From Mustelus asterias (lineage: Eukaryota): a DNA stretch of 64,000 nucleotides. Location of the stretch: NCBI RefSeq assembly GCF_964213995.1, contig NC_135803.1, positions 121,086,001-121,150,000 of the forward strand, in the 5' to 3' direction. The translations under genes were made by a program, and so were the position numbers. The notes beneath the pieces are model-generated. The model ran no database searches. It had not been told where the DNA came from and worked only from the letters and a program-made list of their open reading frames with translations. Shown in pieces: positions 1 to 11,806 of this stretch (positions within the stretch are counted from its first letter, which is position 1; each line of letters begins with the position of its first letter).

Positions 1-84
1 AAATAAACCTGTTGGACTTTAACCTGGTGTTGTGAGACTTCTTACTGTGCCCACCCCAGTCCAACGCCGGCATCTCCACATCAT
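1..84 (+). mobile_element. 3' arm of Penelope-like pseudo-LTR fold-back element (family 1), cut by window edge
   Basis: aaataaacctgttggactttaacctggtgttgtgagacttcttactgtg...ggcatctccacatcat is nearly identical to 45603-45686. Confidence 0.8.
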
Positions 85-1074
85 AATGATTTCAACAGAT
101 TTCTGTAGGACACAGCTTGATTAATAGAATTCAGGGTGTTTGAAGTGTCAGACCAATCAATCACTGCAATGACTAATGTGCAAAGGATTGATGTGATATT
201 TTCAGCCGTTCCATTTCTCTGGAGGTGGTAAAGTGGGAGGCGATGTGCACCAGAAAGAAATAGCTGATCATACAACATGCTTGCATTCTGCAGTGGCCTT
301 TTGCTTTGTAGTTGGCAATCCTGGTTTCTCGGAATAAGACATTTCGGATGTGGTAAGCTCAACTGACTTCCATTTCTGCATTCAGATAGTCGACCACAAC
401 AGCAATTTGGGAAAACTTGATGCATAAATGAGAATCAACTTACTATACAAGGTCTGTGCTAATCAAAGAAAACTCTTTATCTTCAAATCACTCTGGACTT
501 CAGTGGTCTTCCACATTCAGACAAATTATACAGAGTCTGCCTGAAACTGTATGATGTTAACATCTGGAGAGAGATTCCTGAGAACTTATAGAAAAGATTA
601 GCTGTTCTCAATTTCTCCCAGGCTCTCATTTAGACAACATTCTTTCTCGGAAACATCACGCAAGCCAGGATAATGATTCTGTCAAACAAAAGATGGACTT
701 TACATAGAGCATACCAATCAAAAGAAAGGGTACAAGGTTGATGTTATCTTTTATCCTAAACCTTTTTAAGGTTATGGTAAAAACATGACTTTGCATTGGC
801 CTTTTGGTTTCCTTCAAGTTGTGTTTGTTTAAAAAAAAACAGATTCCACCTTGTGTTTTGATCCACTATCTAGTATGTATCTGTTTGTTTGCGGAAACTG
901 ATAATGGAAGAAGAATGATTGACCATGCCGTTTGCACTATTATTTGAAAAATAAGAAAGATTGTTCAGTATCCCAAACAATTAGTTCTCTGCATGTTCAC
1001 CTCATCCTTTTCATTTCATGACGAAGAGTTGAAACTCCAGCGTGCGTTATTCTGCTGGTATATGTAAAGAAGAC

Positions 1075-1270
1075 GTCCGGGTGCTCCGATTTCCTCCCAC
1101 AGTCCAAAGATGTGCGGGTTAGGTTGATTGGCTGTGCTAAATTGACCCTAGTGTCAGGGGATTAACAGGATAAATACTTGGGGTTACAGGAATAGGGACT
1201 GGGTGGGATTGTGGTCGGTACAGACTCGATGGGCCGAATGGCCTCCTTCTGTACTGTAGGGATTCTATGA
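1075..1270 (+). mobile_element. HE1-type V-SINE, 5'-truncated
   Basis: ttcctcccacagtccaaagatgtgcgggttagg core; tail gggccgaatggcctccttctg...gattctatga. Confidence 0.85.
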
Positions 1271-1303
1271 GCTAATCATATCTGAAGGAACTATGATATA
1301 TTT

Positions 1304-1697
1304 AGGGTGGCATGGTGGCACAATAGTTACCACTGCTGCCTCACAGCGTCAGGTACCTGGTTTCAATTCTGGCCGCAGGTGACTGTGTGGTGTTTGCACA
1401 TTCTCCCCATGTCTGCATGGGTTTCCTCCGGGTGTTCCAATTTTGAAGAACAAAGTAAAGTACAGCACAGGAACAGGCCCTTCAGCCCTCCTAGCCTGTG
1501 CCATTTCCTCCCATACTCCAAAGATGTGTGGATTAGATTGATTTGCCATATAAAACTTGCCCTATAGCGTCAGGGGAACTAGCAGGGTAAATACGTGGGG
1601 TTATGGGGATAGGTGCCTGGGTGGGATTGTTTTCGGTACAGACTCAATGGGATGAATGGCCAAATGGCCTCCTTCTGCACTGTAGGGATTCAATGAT
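1304..1697 (+). mobile_element. HE1-type V-SINE containing an inverted CR1-tail fragment (about 1446-1505)
   Basis: tRNA-like head, V core and tail; internal aagaacaaag...caggcccttcagccc matches CR1 3' ends in reverse. Confidence 0.8.
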
Positions 1698-1797
1698 ATT
1701 TCAGTATGAGATGCCATCCACAATTAATCAGGATCCTTCTGGCAGGCATTTACCTGTGCAGAAGACAGCACTTGTATTCAGAATATTCTGCAGCTAT

Positions 1798-1957
1798 CCC
1801 TGAGTCTAGGTTACCCTGAGTGCAGATTGACATGGCCCCCTGAGTCTAGGTTACCCTGAGTGCAGTTTGACATGGCCCCCGAGTCTAGGTTACCCTGAGT
1901 GCAGTTTGACATGGCCCCCGAGTCTAGGTTACCCTGAGTGCAGTTTGACATGGCCCC
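1798..1957. repeat. Minisatellite, 4 x 39-40 bp
   Basis: (t)gagtctaggttaccctgagtgcagtttgacatggccccc repeated four times almost perfectly. Confidence 0.95.
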
Positions 1958-3075
1958 ATGTAATGTTCATTGTGGAGTTCAATATTAAGCAGGGATTTTT
2001 TTTTAGTTTGATGGCAATGCGATGATGTCACCAGAATGATGACACCTGAGCATTCCAGACAGTGTGTGTCAGGACAGCTTTAAATTCAGGGAGATGTCCT
2101 GACTCCTTTAACTGCTGTTGTCACAACTTTTTATTAAGCAGGTGCTAGTGCAAACCCAATTCCTGTCTGTCAGCACTTGTCGGCTTGAAAGCTATAACAT
2201 ACTCTAATTTTCTAAATTGGCAATTCACTGAACAGTTAGACATTGTCAAGAGTTGATAATTACATTCAAGATGTACAGGTGAGTATTTCCCTCATCACTG
2301 CATCACGCCTCTTGTGATGTTTGATCTGCTTATCTCTTGACTGAAGATCTAAAATTCACTTTGAGGTCCGAAACTTAATTCACTGAATAGTGGAGATGTT
2401 GGAACAGATATGAGGTAAGTGAGTTAATTCTATGTCATTGATTGCCTGATGCACAAAATGATACTGGAATGTGCCTTAAGAATTGCTTGCAAAATACTAA
2501 TTGGTGTTAATTAGACCTGTTGGTTTCATTACTCCACAGAAAGCACTTTAATTGTTTTTTGTGATGAGACAAACCATGTTAAGCTAATCAAAGGATTTAA
2601 AAATCCAGTTAAATTTCTTACAATTGATTAAGATTGAATTATTTTCATTTGAAAGTATTATCACTAAATTCTTCTGAGGTAATCAAAAATGGATTAATAA
2701 CACACAGGTGTATAGACTTGTGACAGCATTACTTTTCATGTTGTGCCAGAATCAATCTTGAAAGAAGAAATGTCTCAACAATAAAGCCCTTTGTGAGTTA
2801 TTTATATAAATTAGATTATAGAAGATGCATAAAGCTGTGGAGAAAGAGCAAAGGATAGGGACTAATTGGATAATTCTTTATGGAACTAGCACAGGCAGAA
2901 TTAACTCCTGCACTGTAAAACCCCAGAGCTTTTAAAAAGCATCCAAGGGATGTGAGGGTCACTGGTAAGGCCAGCATTTATTGCACATCCTTAATTGTCC
3001 AGGAGAAGATGGTGATGAGCCACTTTCTTAGCTGCTGCAGATCGTGTGGTGAAGGTTGGACAGTTTTGATATGTT

Positions 3076-3211
3076 GGGTGGGATTCTTCGGCTGTTCACG
3101 CTAGTGGGATTCTCCTGTTCTGCTGCAGTGAATGGAGATTTCGCTGAGTGCCAAATTCTCTGTCCCCTCCGGCAGCGCTGGCAGAGCGTGAATAGCAGGA
3201 GAACTCTGGCC
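3076..3211. mobile_element. Short MITE-like element
   Basis: Termini gggtgggattct / agaactctggcc resemble the TIRs of the other GG-starting MITEs in the window. Confidence 0.45.
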
Positions 3212-3479
3212 ATTGGGTGGCTTGCTGGGCCATTTCAAAGGGAAGTTAAAAGGCAATCACATTACTGTGGGAAAGGAGCCACACAGAAGATCATAAAGCT
3301 CACAAGAAATAGGAGCAGGAGTGGGTCATTTGGCCCATCAAGGCTGCTCTGCCATATACTGAAATCATGGCTGATCTGATCTGATGTAGCCTTAACTCCA
3401 CTTTCACGATTATGAACTTGGCTATGTGCCTCCAAGTGGGTTAATTAATCAATTGCTTTTTAATTGTACTTGGACTTCT

Positions 3480-4250
3480 GGGTGTCTACATTATGTCTCG
3501 GAACCCTGCCTATATTGTTACCCAATCCCTTGTGACATCACAAGTGGTAGAGAATGTGGGCATAGGTTGTGGGTTGGTAACAGAGACTAAAAAGAGACAT
3601 GGACGTCTCTATTCAGCAGCTCACCCAGGCATTGCTGACTCAACACAAGGCAATCCAGGCGCTACAAGAAGCAACTCAGACACAAGCCACTACAAACCAA
3701 TTGCTGTTGGAAGTGCAAAGACAGGATTAAGAGCAGCTCCACGTAGAACTTCAGAAACTGGAATAGTGTAGATTAGAGGGGCTTTAGATTGGTTTCACTG
3801 GTCGGCGCAACATCGAGGGCCGAAGGGCCTGTACTGAGCTATTATGTTCTATGTTCTAACTCAATGCCATGCTCTCCAACCCATCTCCACAACTTCATCT
3901 GGAATGTCTGGAGATGCCAGGCTACAGAAAATTACAGATACGGATGATGTGTCGGCATAATTGAGGATCGTGGAGAGAACTGCTAACTGGAAAGCCTGGC
4001 CCAAAGAACAGTAGGCTGCCATCATTGCTCCTTATCTGACTGGGGAAGCACAGAATATCGACCATGATGTGGAGGAGGCTGCGCTGAGGATTACAACTGG
4101 CTTAAAACTGAAATCCTGTCACGACTGGGGGTCACCACAGTTGTGAGGGCTCACTACTTCCATGCTTGGGCCTTCCGTTCTGACCAATCTCCTCACTCCC
4201 ACATGTGCGATTTGATTCACCTTGCTCGTTAGTGGCTCCAGCAGGGGACA
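3480..4250 (+). mobile_element. Decayed Gmr1-like Gypsy element: LTR end, PBS and gag remnant
   Basis: Translation with stops DDVSA*LRIVERTANWKAWPKEQ*AAIIAPYLTGEAQ...DYNWLKTEILSRLGVT...DLIHLAR*WL resembles Gmr1-type capsid; PBS at 3545; a CR1 tail interrupts at about 3765-3858. Confidence 0.7.
3545..3563 (+). promoter_or_regulatory. Primer-binding site complementary to tRNA-Ala 3' end
   Basis: tggtagagaatgtgggcat versus tggtggagaatgcgggcat (17/19), 2 nt after a putative LTR-terminal CA. Confidence 0.7.
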
Positions 4251-4322
4251 CTGCGGATATGGTTACCAAGGATTCACCTGCACTTGCATGCAGTTTAACT
4301 AGTTACAGTATAAATGGAAGAG

Positions 4323-4516
4323 CTGAACCCAGGAGATAATTAGATGAGCATTAAATGGTGAGTTTTATTTTTTTTCCTCTCTCTAAATTGGGGCTTAAAC
4401 CGGTACAGGGGAAAAATACTTATTTTTCCCCTGTACCAGTTTAAGCCCCAATTTAGAGAGAGGAAAAAAAACAAAACTAACCATTTAATGCTCATCTAAT
4501 TATCTCCTGGGTTCAG
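4323..4516. repeat. Near-perfect 194-bp palindrome
   Basis: Arms ctgaacccaggag...gaaaaata and tatttttc...ctcctgggttcag with a 2-nt loop at 4419-4420. Confidence 0.95.
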
Positions 4517-4564
4517 TTCTCAGGTCTCCCCGTCTTTGCCTTCCTCTCTTGAACCACTCCTTTA

Positions 4565-4950
4565 TGAACATACAAATTAGGAGGAGTCGGCCACTCAGCC
4601 CCTTGAGCCTGCTCCGGCATTCAATAAGATCATGGCTGATCTGAGTGTAACTTCAGCCCACATTTCTACCTACCCCCAATAACCTTTCACTCCCTTGTTA
4701 ATCAAGAATCTATCATGCTCTGCCTTAAAAGATACAAAAGCTCTGCTTCCACTGCCTTGTGAAGAAGACGCACAATCTGCTGAGTACAAAAACATTCTCC
4801 TCATATCTGTCTTAAATAGGTGACTCCTGATTTTTAAACTGTGAACCCTGGTTCTAGATTCTCTTACAAGAGGAAACATCGTCTCCACATCCACCCTGTC
4901 AAGACCCCTCAGGGTCTTAAAGGTTTCAATCAAGTCAACTCTTACTCTTC
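4565..4950 (-). mobile_element. CR1 3' fragment, degenerate
   Basis: DLIETFKTLRGLDRVD...RESRTRVHSLK...KGYW followed by a CR1 3' UTR. Confidence 0.85.
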
Positions 4951-5310
4951 TTGTAAAAGAGCAGACAGCATGTCCTCTCTCACTGTGCCAGATTCCTGAA
5001 GTTAAGCATTCAGCCTTGCTGCAGTCAGACAAGGCTGTGTGTTTGCACCATTAACTACTATAGGTCAGATTGGGTAAGGATGATAGAGTTCCTTTCCTCA
5101 AGGACATTAGTGAACCAAATGGCTTTTTTTCCCCACTAATTCTGTAATTCTAATTCAGTTAACTTATAGATCAAAATGACGACGCTCTGCTTAACTTTAC
5201 CTCTAGAACAAAGTATGGAACTTCAACATCCAAATAAGTTACCTTTCCAGGCAAAGAAACAAACTTTTCTTAAAATTATTATTGTTGTTGTGATGAGGAC
5301 AAAGTTCCAC

Positions 5311-5853
5311 CAGAACAAAGAGAACAAAGAACAATACAGCACAGGAACAGGTCCTTCGGCCCTCCAAGCCCGTGCCGCTCCCTGGTCAAAACTAGACTAT
5401 TCTTTTGTATCCCTCCATTCCCATTCCGTTCATATGGCTATCTAGATAAGTCTTAAACGTTCCCAGTGTGTCCGCCTCCACCACCTTGCCTGGCAGCGCA
5501 TTCCTGGCCCCCACCACCCTCTGTGTAAAATATGTCCTTCTGATATCTGTGTTAAACCTCCCCCCCCCCTTCACCTTGAACCTATGACCCCTCGTGAACG
5601 TCACCACCGACCTGGGGAAAAGCTTCCCACCGTTCACCCTATCTATGCCTTTCATAATTTTATACACCTCTATTAAGTCTCCCCTCATCCTCCGTCTTTC
5701 CAGGGAGAACAACCCCAGTTTACCCAATCTCTCCTCATAACTAAGCCCCTCCATACCAGGCAACATCCTGGTAAACCTCCTCTGTACTCTCTCCAAAGCC
5801 TCCACGTCCTTCTGGTAGTGTGGCGACCAGAACTGGACGCAGTATTCCAAATG
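5311..5853 (-). mobile_element. CR1 3' fragment with open ORF2 C-terminus
   Basis: HLEYCVQFWSPH...RRRMRGDLIEVYK...FTQRVV; (agaacaa)n tail. Confidence 0.92.
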
Positions 5854-8327
5854 CAAATGCACCAATATCAAATGAGAATCTGAACTGTTAGGATTTATCA
5901 ATATGACTTGCCCAGCTTTCCGAGTTTAACTATAGCACCTTTTATGTCTTGCAGCAATAACCTGGATTTCACATCTGAACTGTTTAAACATACATGTGGA
6001 GTACAACTACGTGAACACATGCAGGTAGGTGCAACTGTGAATGGGGGAATTTCTTCCAATTTCTCCCATTTTCTGAAGAAACTGATGGGTTAGGGAAATG
6101 TTCTACAGGCACGAGGATTTCTAATTTACTATGACAAGTGTGCATTCTTCCTGTGTGAGTTTGGTAAGTGATACAACCTGGGGGAACATGTAGAATTAAA
6201 TTCTATTGTCATGTTTTCCAAAACAAGAGGAGAAATCCTGGTTTGGTGTTTTTAGGGGTGCCAATATCAATTGGTTTTTTTTACCTTGCAACACACTGGC
6301 TAATTTAGCACAAGCTTATAATCAGAAAATTGGGCTTTCTTTAGTCTCTAAATCTCAATTTCATTCTCACAGTGTACGTGCCTACAGAGCCATTGGAGAG
6401 CTAAAGTGAAATTTGTTAGAATCATGAAATGTGCCCTCCCAAATATGAGACAGGTGATATACAGTAAAGCATAGCTCATGCTGCACAGCAAGGGGTTGAG
6501 AAATTTATATTAAGGTGATGACAGCTCCTAAACAAAGTCTGTATTATGCGCAACTCAACTACTTCACTGCACCTGACATGAAGATAGCCAGCTCATTTCT
6601 TTCAATCTTTTTTATTAGAACAGCTCTGTATCTAGCAACGAGTAGATCAGAGTAAGAGAGTGTGTCCATCCTGGGAGTAAATGCATAATGTCCCAAAGCA
6701 CTAACTTTGTGAGATTATTCAACCTTGTCCCTTCTCCCTCCCCCACTCTGCCTTTGCAGAAATGTACACAATATTCCAGTATTGTAGATGAAACAGCTAA
6801 CAGCAATTTTGGTCAAAGTGGCACTTTCCCTACTCAAAATTAAAGAGAATTACTGAGAGCTGAGTGAGCTGTGTCCTTGGAGGAACTAATTGACCTACTG
6901 AAATTATTTTTGTCTCAGTAATTCCTGAAGACCTGTCATTCAGGTCACTGCATCCCACTTGCAGCCATCTGACACCTGGTAGGCATCACAATGAATCTGA
7001 CTATACCTTTTATTATCTAGTTAGCAACAGGGAAGTGATAGGAAATGGCACAAATGTTACTGGCCTCTTTACAAAAGTTACAACACTTCCCCAAATAGGT
7101 TAATACATTAGACAGAAGAAGCTCTTAATAAAGTAAGTCCTTGATTCCTACACTTTCAAATAGCTTTTTCCTTGCTTTGTAAACACCTCTCACTAAGAAA
7201 GCAGATAGTCACCTGCCCTGAGGTTAAGCCAATTGCATTCTGTAATGAGATGGGTGTTGAATGCGCCATTAGCAACATAAATTGACTTCCTCATGTTTTT
7301 ATTCATAATGACCCATTCGTATTTTGTTTTCCTGTCATAATGAAAGGACATGTTTCTGAGCAAGATTCAATAAAGGTTTTTCAATTACAGCTGTGAAATA
7401 TCAACTTAGAATTCATTATGTTCCATAATATGTTATGTAATTGTGTCACAAATACCTAGATTCAATTGACATTGATCGGACTTCATACCTTATGCACATT
7501 CTAATATTACTGCATAAATCTACTGATTACGCTGGTGTTTTGATCCAACACTATTGTGCAAAATGTCTGAAAATTGCTCTTTTCATGGCCAATGTAAACA
7601 TACTTTTACACATTTTTTCAGAATGTATTTTCAGTTCTTGCATGAAAGAATCATATTTTTGCCCTGCAGCCTTCACCATCTATGGCTCATTCAGCCTTTT
7701 CAGCGTTGTCCAGAGATCGTCTCGAGCCACTGTCATCAACTTGTAAAGAGAAGCAAGTTTAATGCCATTTCAGTCAGTTGGAAGTCTATCACAGGAAAAG
7801 ATAGCGGCATTTGGTCTGTGAACACCAATGAATTGAAACTAAATTAATCAATTCCTGTCACTGTCTTTCCCCACATTTTTAGTGAGGTTTCAATTGTTGG
7901 AAATATTGTTCTTTGATCGGCACAACACTTTAAAAATTTTTTCGCAGAGCAAGTTTTCAAGGCTTCGCGAAGGAAAAATGTTCTGTCATGAAAAAGACCT
8001 TTTTATCATGTACAGTATATTAGGAGGCCTTTTCTATGGGAAAATCTAAAGGCAGTTACTGACACCGCTTCAGTTGTGTGATAACAAAAGCATGTCTAAG
8101 TTCATTGTTTACTTCAAAAAGAAAGAAATGATTTAAATCTGAAAAAAATAAGCTTCTTGAATTATTGACAATGACTTAGCTATTGAATCCTTCATTCTGG
8201 AAAAGTAGGCATCAATTTGTGGTTGATGTGAGTTATGCTGCTGAACTCTTGTCAGGCAAGCTAACCTCTCTGTATGCTGCCCAAAGCTTTCACTACATGT
8301 GCACAAAAATTTCAGGGAAGAAGAGTT

Positions 8328-9091
8328 GATGTTTACTTGTGCAAATAGTTGACTATCTCAAAATCAGGTTTAAACATTGAACCAGCTAGGAACATCCTAA
8401 GATCCACTATTTCTTTAAAAGGATTTTAGTGCCGAACATCACAAGCTTAACAACTATGAAGTACAATGTGGAAAAACATGAAGTGATTGATTTTGGCAGG
8501 AAGAACATGGAGAGACGACACAATGTTAAGGGTCCAACTCTAGAGGGACACATGTGCATAAGTCATTGAAGGTGGCAGGATAAGTGGAGAGCACAGTTAA
8601 TAAAGTATACAGTATCTTGAGCTTTATTAATAGGGTCATAGAGTAAATGAGCAAGGAGGTTATGTTGAACTTGCATAAGGCATTAGTTCAGCTTCAGCTG
8701 GAATATTGTGTCCAGTTCTAGGCGCCGCACTTTAGGAAGGATGTGAAGGCATTGGAGAAAGAGTGCAGAAAATATTCACGAGAATGATTCCAGGGAACAG
8801 GAACTTCAGTCATGAAGAAGTATTGGAGAAGTTAGGACTCTTTTTCCTTCGAGACAAGAGACGGAAAGGAGATTTGTTAGAGGTATTCAGAATTGTGAGG
8901 GGGGGTCTGGACAGGGTAGCTTGGGAGAAGCTGTTCCCATTTGTGAAAGGAGAGGCACAGATTTACAGTATTTAAAATAGTTTAAAATATTGATCTTTTT
9001 TAAAGAAAGAATGGATTTTAGGATGTTCCTGGCTGGTTCAATTTTTAAACCTGATTTTTAGATAGTCAACTATTTGCCCCAAGCGAACATC
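8328..9091. repeat. About 95-bp inverted repeats flanking a decayed CR1 fragment (about 8455-8960, plus)
   Basis: 8328-8424 is the reverse complement of about 8992-9091; the spacer encodes CR1-like QLEYCVQF...RMIPG. Confidence 0.85.
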
Positions 9092-10189
9092 TTTTGTTCA
9101 TAATGTTTTTGTTATCACAAGACATTTGGTAACCTGAAGTAGTAAACTGCATATTCACAAACCAAACTGAAGTTGGAATTTCATGTAATTTGGGTTTGGA
9201 AATTGGTTCAGGCTGCAGTCCTGCTGATTCCTGATTTGCTCTTTTTATTTCAGGAGAAACACTGCTTAATAATTGAACAGTATTTCCTTTAGGCTACTGA
9301 AAGCGTGATGCAATGGTGTGACTGAGGATTGTTAATGCTCTTCAATTACTAGGAAAAGCCAAATTGCTTCCATGACAATATCATCCAAGTTGCTTCATAA
9401 GAATTTCTTTAGACCTTAAAACTCTGGCAGTTCATGTAAATCAATTTATGAATCTTTTCTTAAACGTGCACATTTTTTTACACTGTGTGTGAAAGAACGA
9501 ATCACTTTTATTGTCTAACGTTCAAAACCAGCACTGTGTGATAGCAGTAGATGCTTGCTTCATATGTTTGTAGTTCATGATTTAATGTCTGCTCCACGCT
9601 TGAGTCCACAATCTCACACACAACGAAATTTGTCAGTTCTGCTGTTTGGCTACAGAAGTAAATATGGAGGTGAGAGGCCTTGAGGGGGAAAATGAAACAA
9701 ACATTCATAACATGAATATGCAACCACACTCATATTACACCCTTCCTTCTCACAGCACTTTGCTAATATTTATATAGTTTAATATTTGCATAATCAAGCA
9801 TGGTTTTTACCGCTGAAATTCAAATCCGGAATATGTACAACTGCCACTTGATTTTTTTTGTTCAAGTTAATTACTTTTAATCCAAATTTGTGTTACATTA
9901 TTCACCCATGGAGCAAGAGATTGGCAGCTCGCTGACCTGTTTTCAAAGCTTCACTGTATTGATTTTGAACCTGACAGACTATGTATGCAGGAACAGACCA
10001 AAGGACTAGAACTGTCAAAGACGACAGATCTGCTAAGCGACAGAGCACTTAAAATGAGGATAAAGAATGTGCACATTAACGTGTATAGAATTAAATCTAC
10101 TACTTGATGTGCTGCAACCTTGGATTACTTTGCCAAGGTTAAAGCTGACTTGTTTCTGCAGGAATATGCAATGCCACACCTCAACTCCG

Positions 10190-10488
10190 ACAGGCAGGTG
10201 GCACAGTGGTTAGCATTGCTGCCTCACAGCGCTAGGGACCCGGGTTCAATTCCCAGCTTGGGTCTCTGTCTGTGCAGACTCTGCACGTTCTCCCCATGTC
10301 TGCGTGTGTTTCCTCCAGGTGTTCAAGTTTCCTCCCACAGTCCAAAAGACATGCTGGTTAGGTGCATTGGCCGTGCTAAATTCTCCCTCAGTGTACCTGA
10401 ACAGATGGCGGAATGTGGCAACTAGGGGATTTTCACAGCATGTTAATGTAAGCCTACTTGTGACACTAATAAAAAAACTTTAAACTTA
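10190..10488 (+). mobile_element. V-SINE with alternative (non-CR1) tail
   Basis: Same tRNA head and V core as HE1, but tail gttaatgtaagcctacttgtgacactaataaa. Confidence 0.8.
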
Positions 10489-10491
10489 AAC

Positions 10492-11620
10492 AGACAATGG
10501 TCACGATAGTGGTCTCACAGCCATCAATCTGGTTGGACGGAAGCAATGCATGTTTCTTTGGCCTGGGTATTCTGATGCAGGGAGGCAACTTCACCACTTA
10601 TGAAGTTAATGAGGTGGTGGGCAGGCGTCTTCTCATACCAAATGTGTTGTACAATAATGCTGCGCTCTGGTTAATTAACATGTATGCCCTGGCTCAAAAC
10701 AGCAAGGGGCTATTTGTCCCACTGTTGCTGGCAACTTCCAGGCTGGTTATTCTGGGTGACTACAACTGCATCATTGATGTGGCTGGAAACTCTGGCAGAG
10801 CCAACAGCAGACTGAATGCCATGTCCAGACTCCTGATGGAAAGAGTAAAGAATGCCAAGCTGCACAGCATCTTCAGCAACCCTGCAGATAGTAAAGATAC
10901 ACTTGGTCACGGCCAGACGGGTCTATCCATTCCACAATAGACTCTCTGTTTGTGTCCTGAGCATTCACAGTCAGATCCACTGCTGTTCCTCTCACTTCCT
11001 CCTACTGGCAGACTGTCACTTACAGAAAGACCAGAAGGTTGGGAGGGGAAATGGAAGCTGAACTTGAAACTGTTGACCTCAGGTGCCTGTGGAGACCGTT
11101 ATCCACCTCCTTCTGAAATGTGCCTTTGCAAAGAAGATCTGAAGAGACACGCTGTGGTTTTTGTCGAGGTCATCCCGAGCAGTTCTGTGATGCAGGACTC
11201 TGTGCTCCCGGGGATGCACATTGAGACAAACATCAACTGGAGGAGCTGGAGGACCATTAACTCAGTTCTTTGGTCTGCCCAAGACCTTTTGGTTGTCCAG
11301 CGCAAAGAGTTATCTGTGACTGATTATTGCAGAATGGTGCAATGCAATCCTGGACTATGTGCATTAAAGCTTGGGACCCCACCGGAGAGGCGCAATGGGG
11401 AACGGACTCTCTCTAAGACTTTCCAGCTGCAGTGCACCGAGGGGCTGGAAATTTTATAAAACCCCCTGGGCGGTGTGAATCAGATTGAAGAATACAGTAA
11501 ATATTACATGTATCACAATTGTATTGAAGAACCTCAGAGTGTAACATGGTCTATGTCAAAAATTGGGATAGCATTTAACTTTCTGTAATGACCATTTTGA
11601 AATGTTTTGTAATATTCTTT
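10492..11620 (+). mobile_element. Tx1/L1-clade LINE remnant with RT region deleted
   Basis: Endonuclease motifs LINMYA, ILGDYNCII and WKLN joined to C-terminal WRTINSVLWSA; no RT motifs between them. Confidence 0.7.
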
Positions 11621-11806
11621 TAGAAGGAAAAAAAGTGACCTTCCTTACTGATTCCCTTCACTCCCTGTAATGCAGAAACTGTTTGATCATTCCCTGGATA
11701 ATCCCTCCAAAAGCAGGGCTCAACATCTCATGCAACATGTTTGTACTTCAGGGTTTCTTGTTGTAAAATTCACAGGGTTTTAACTATTTTGTAGAAGTGA
11801 TGTTTG

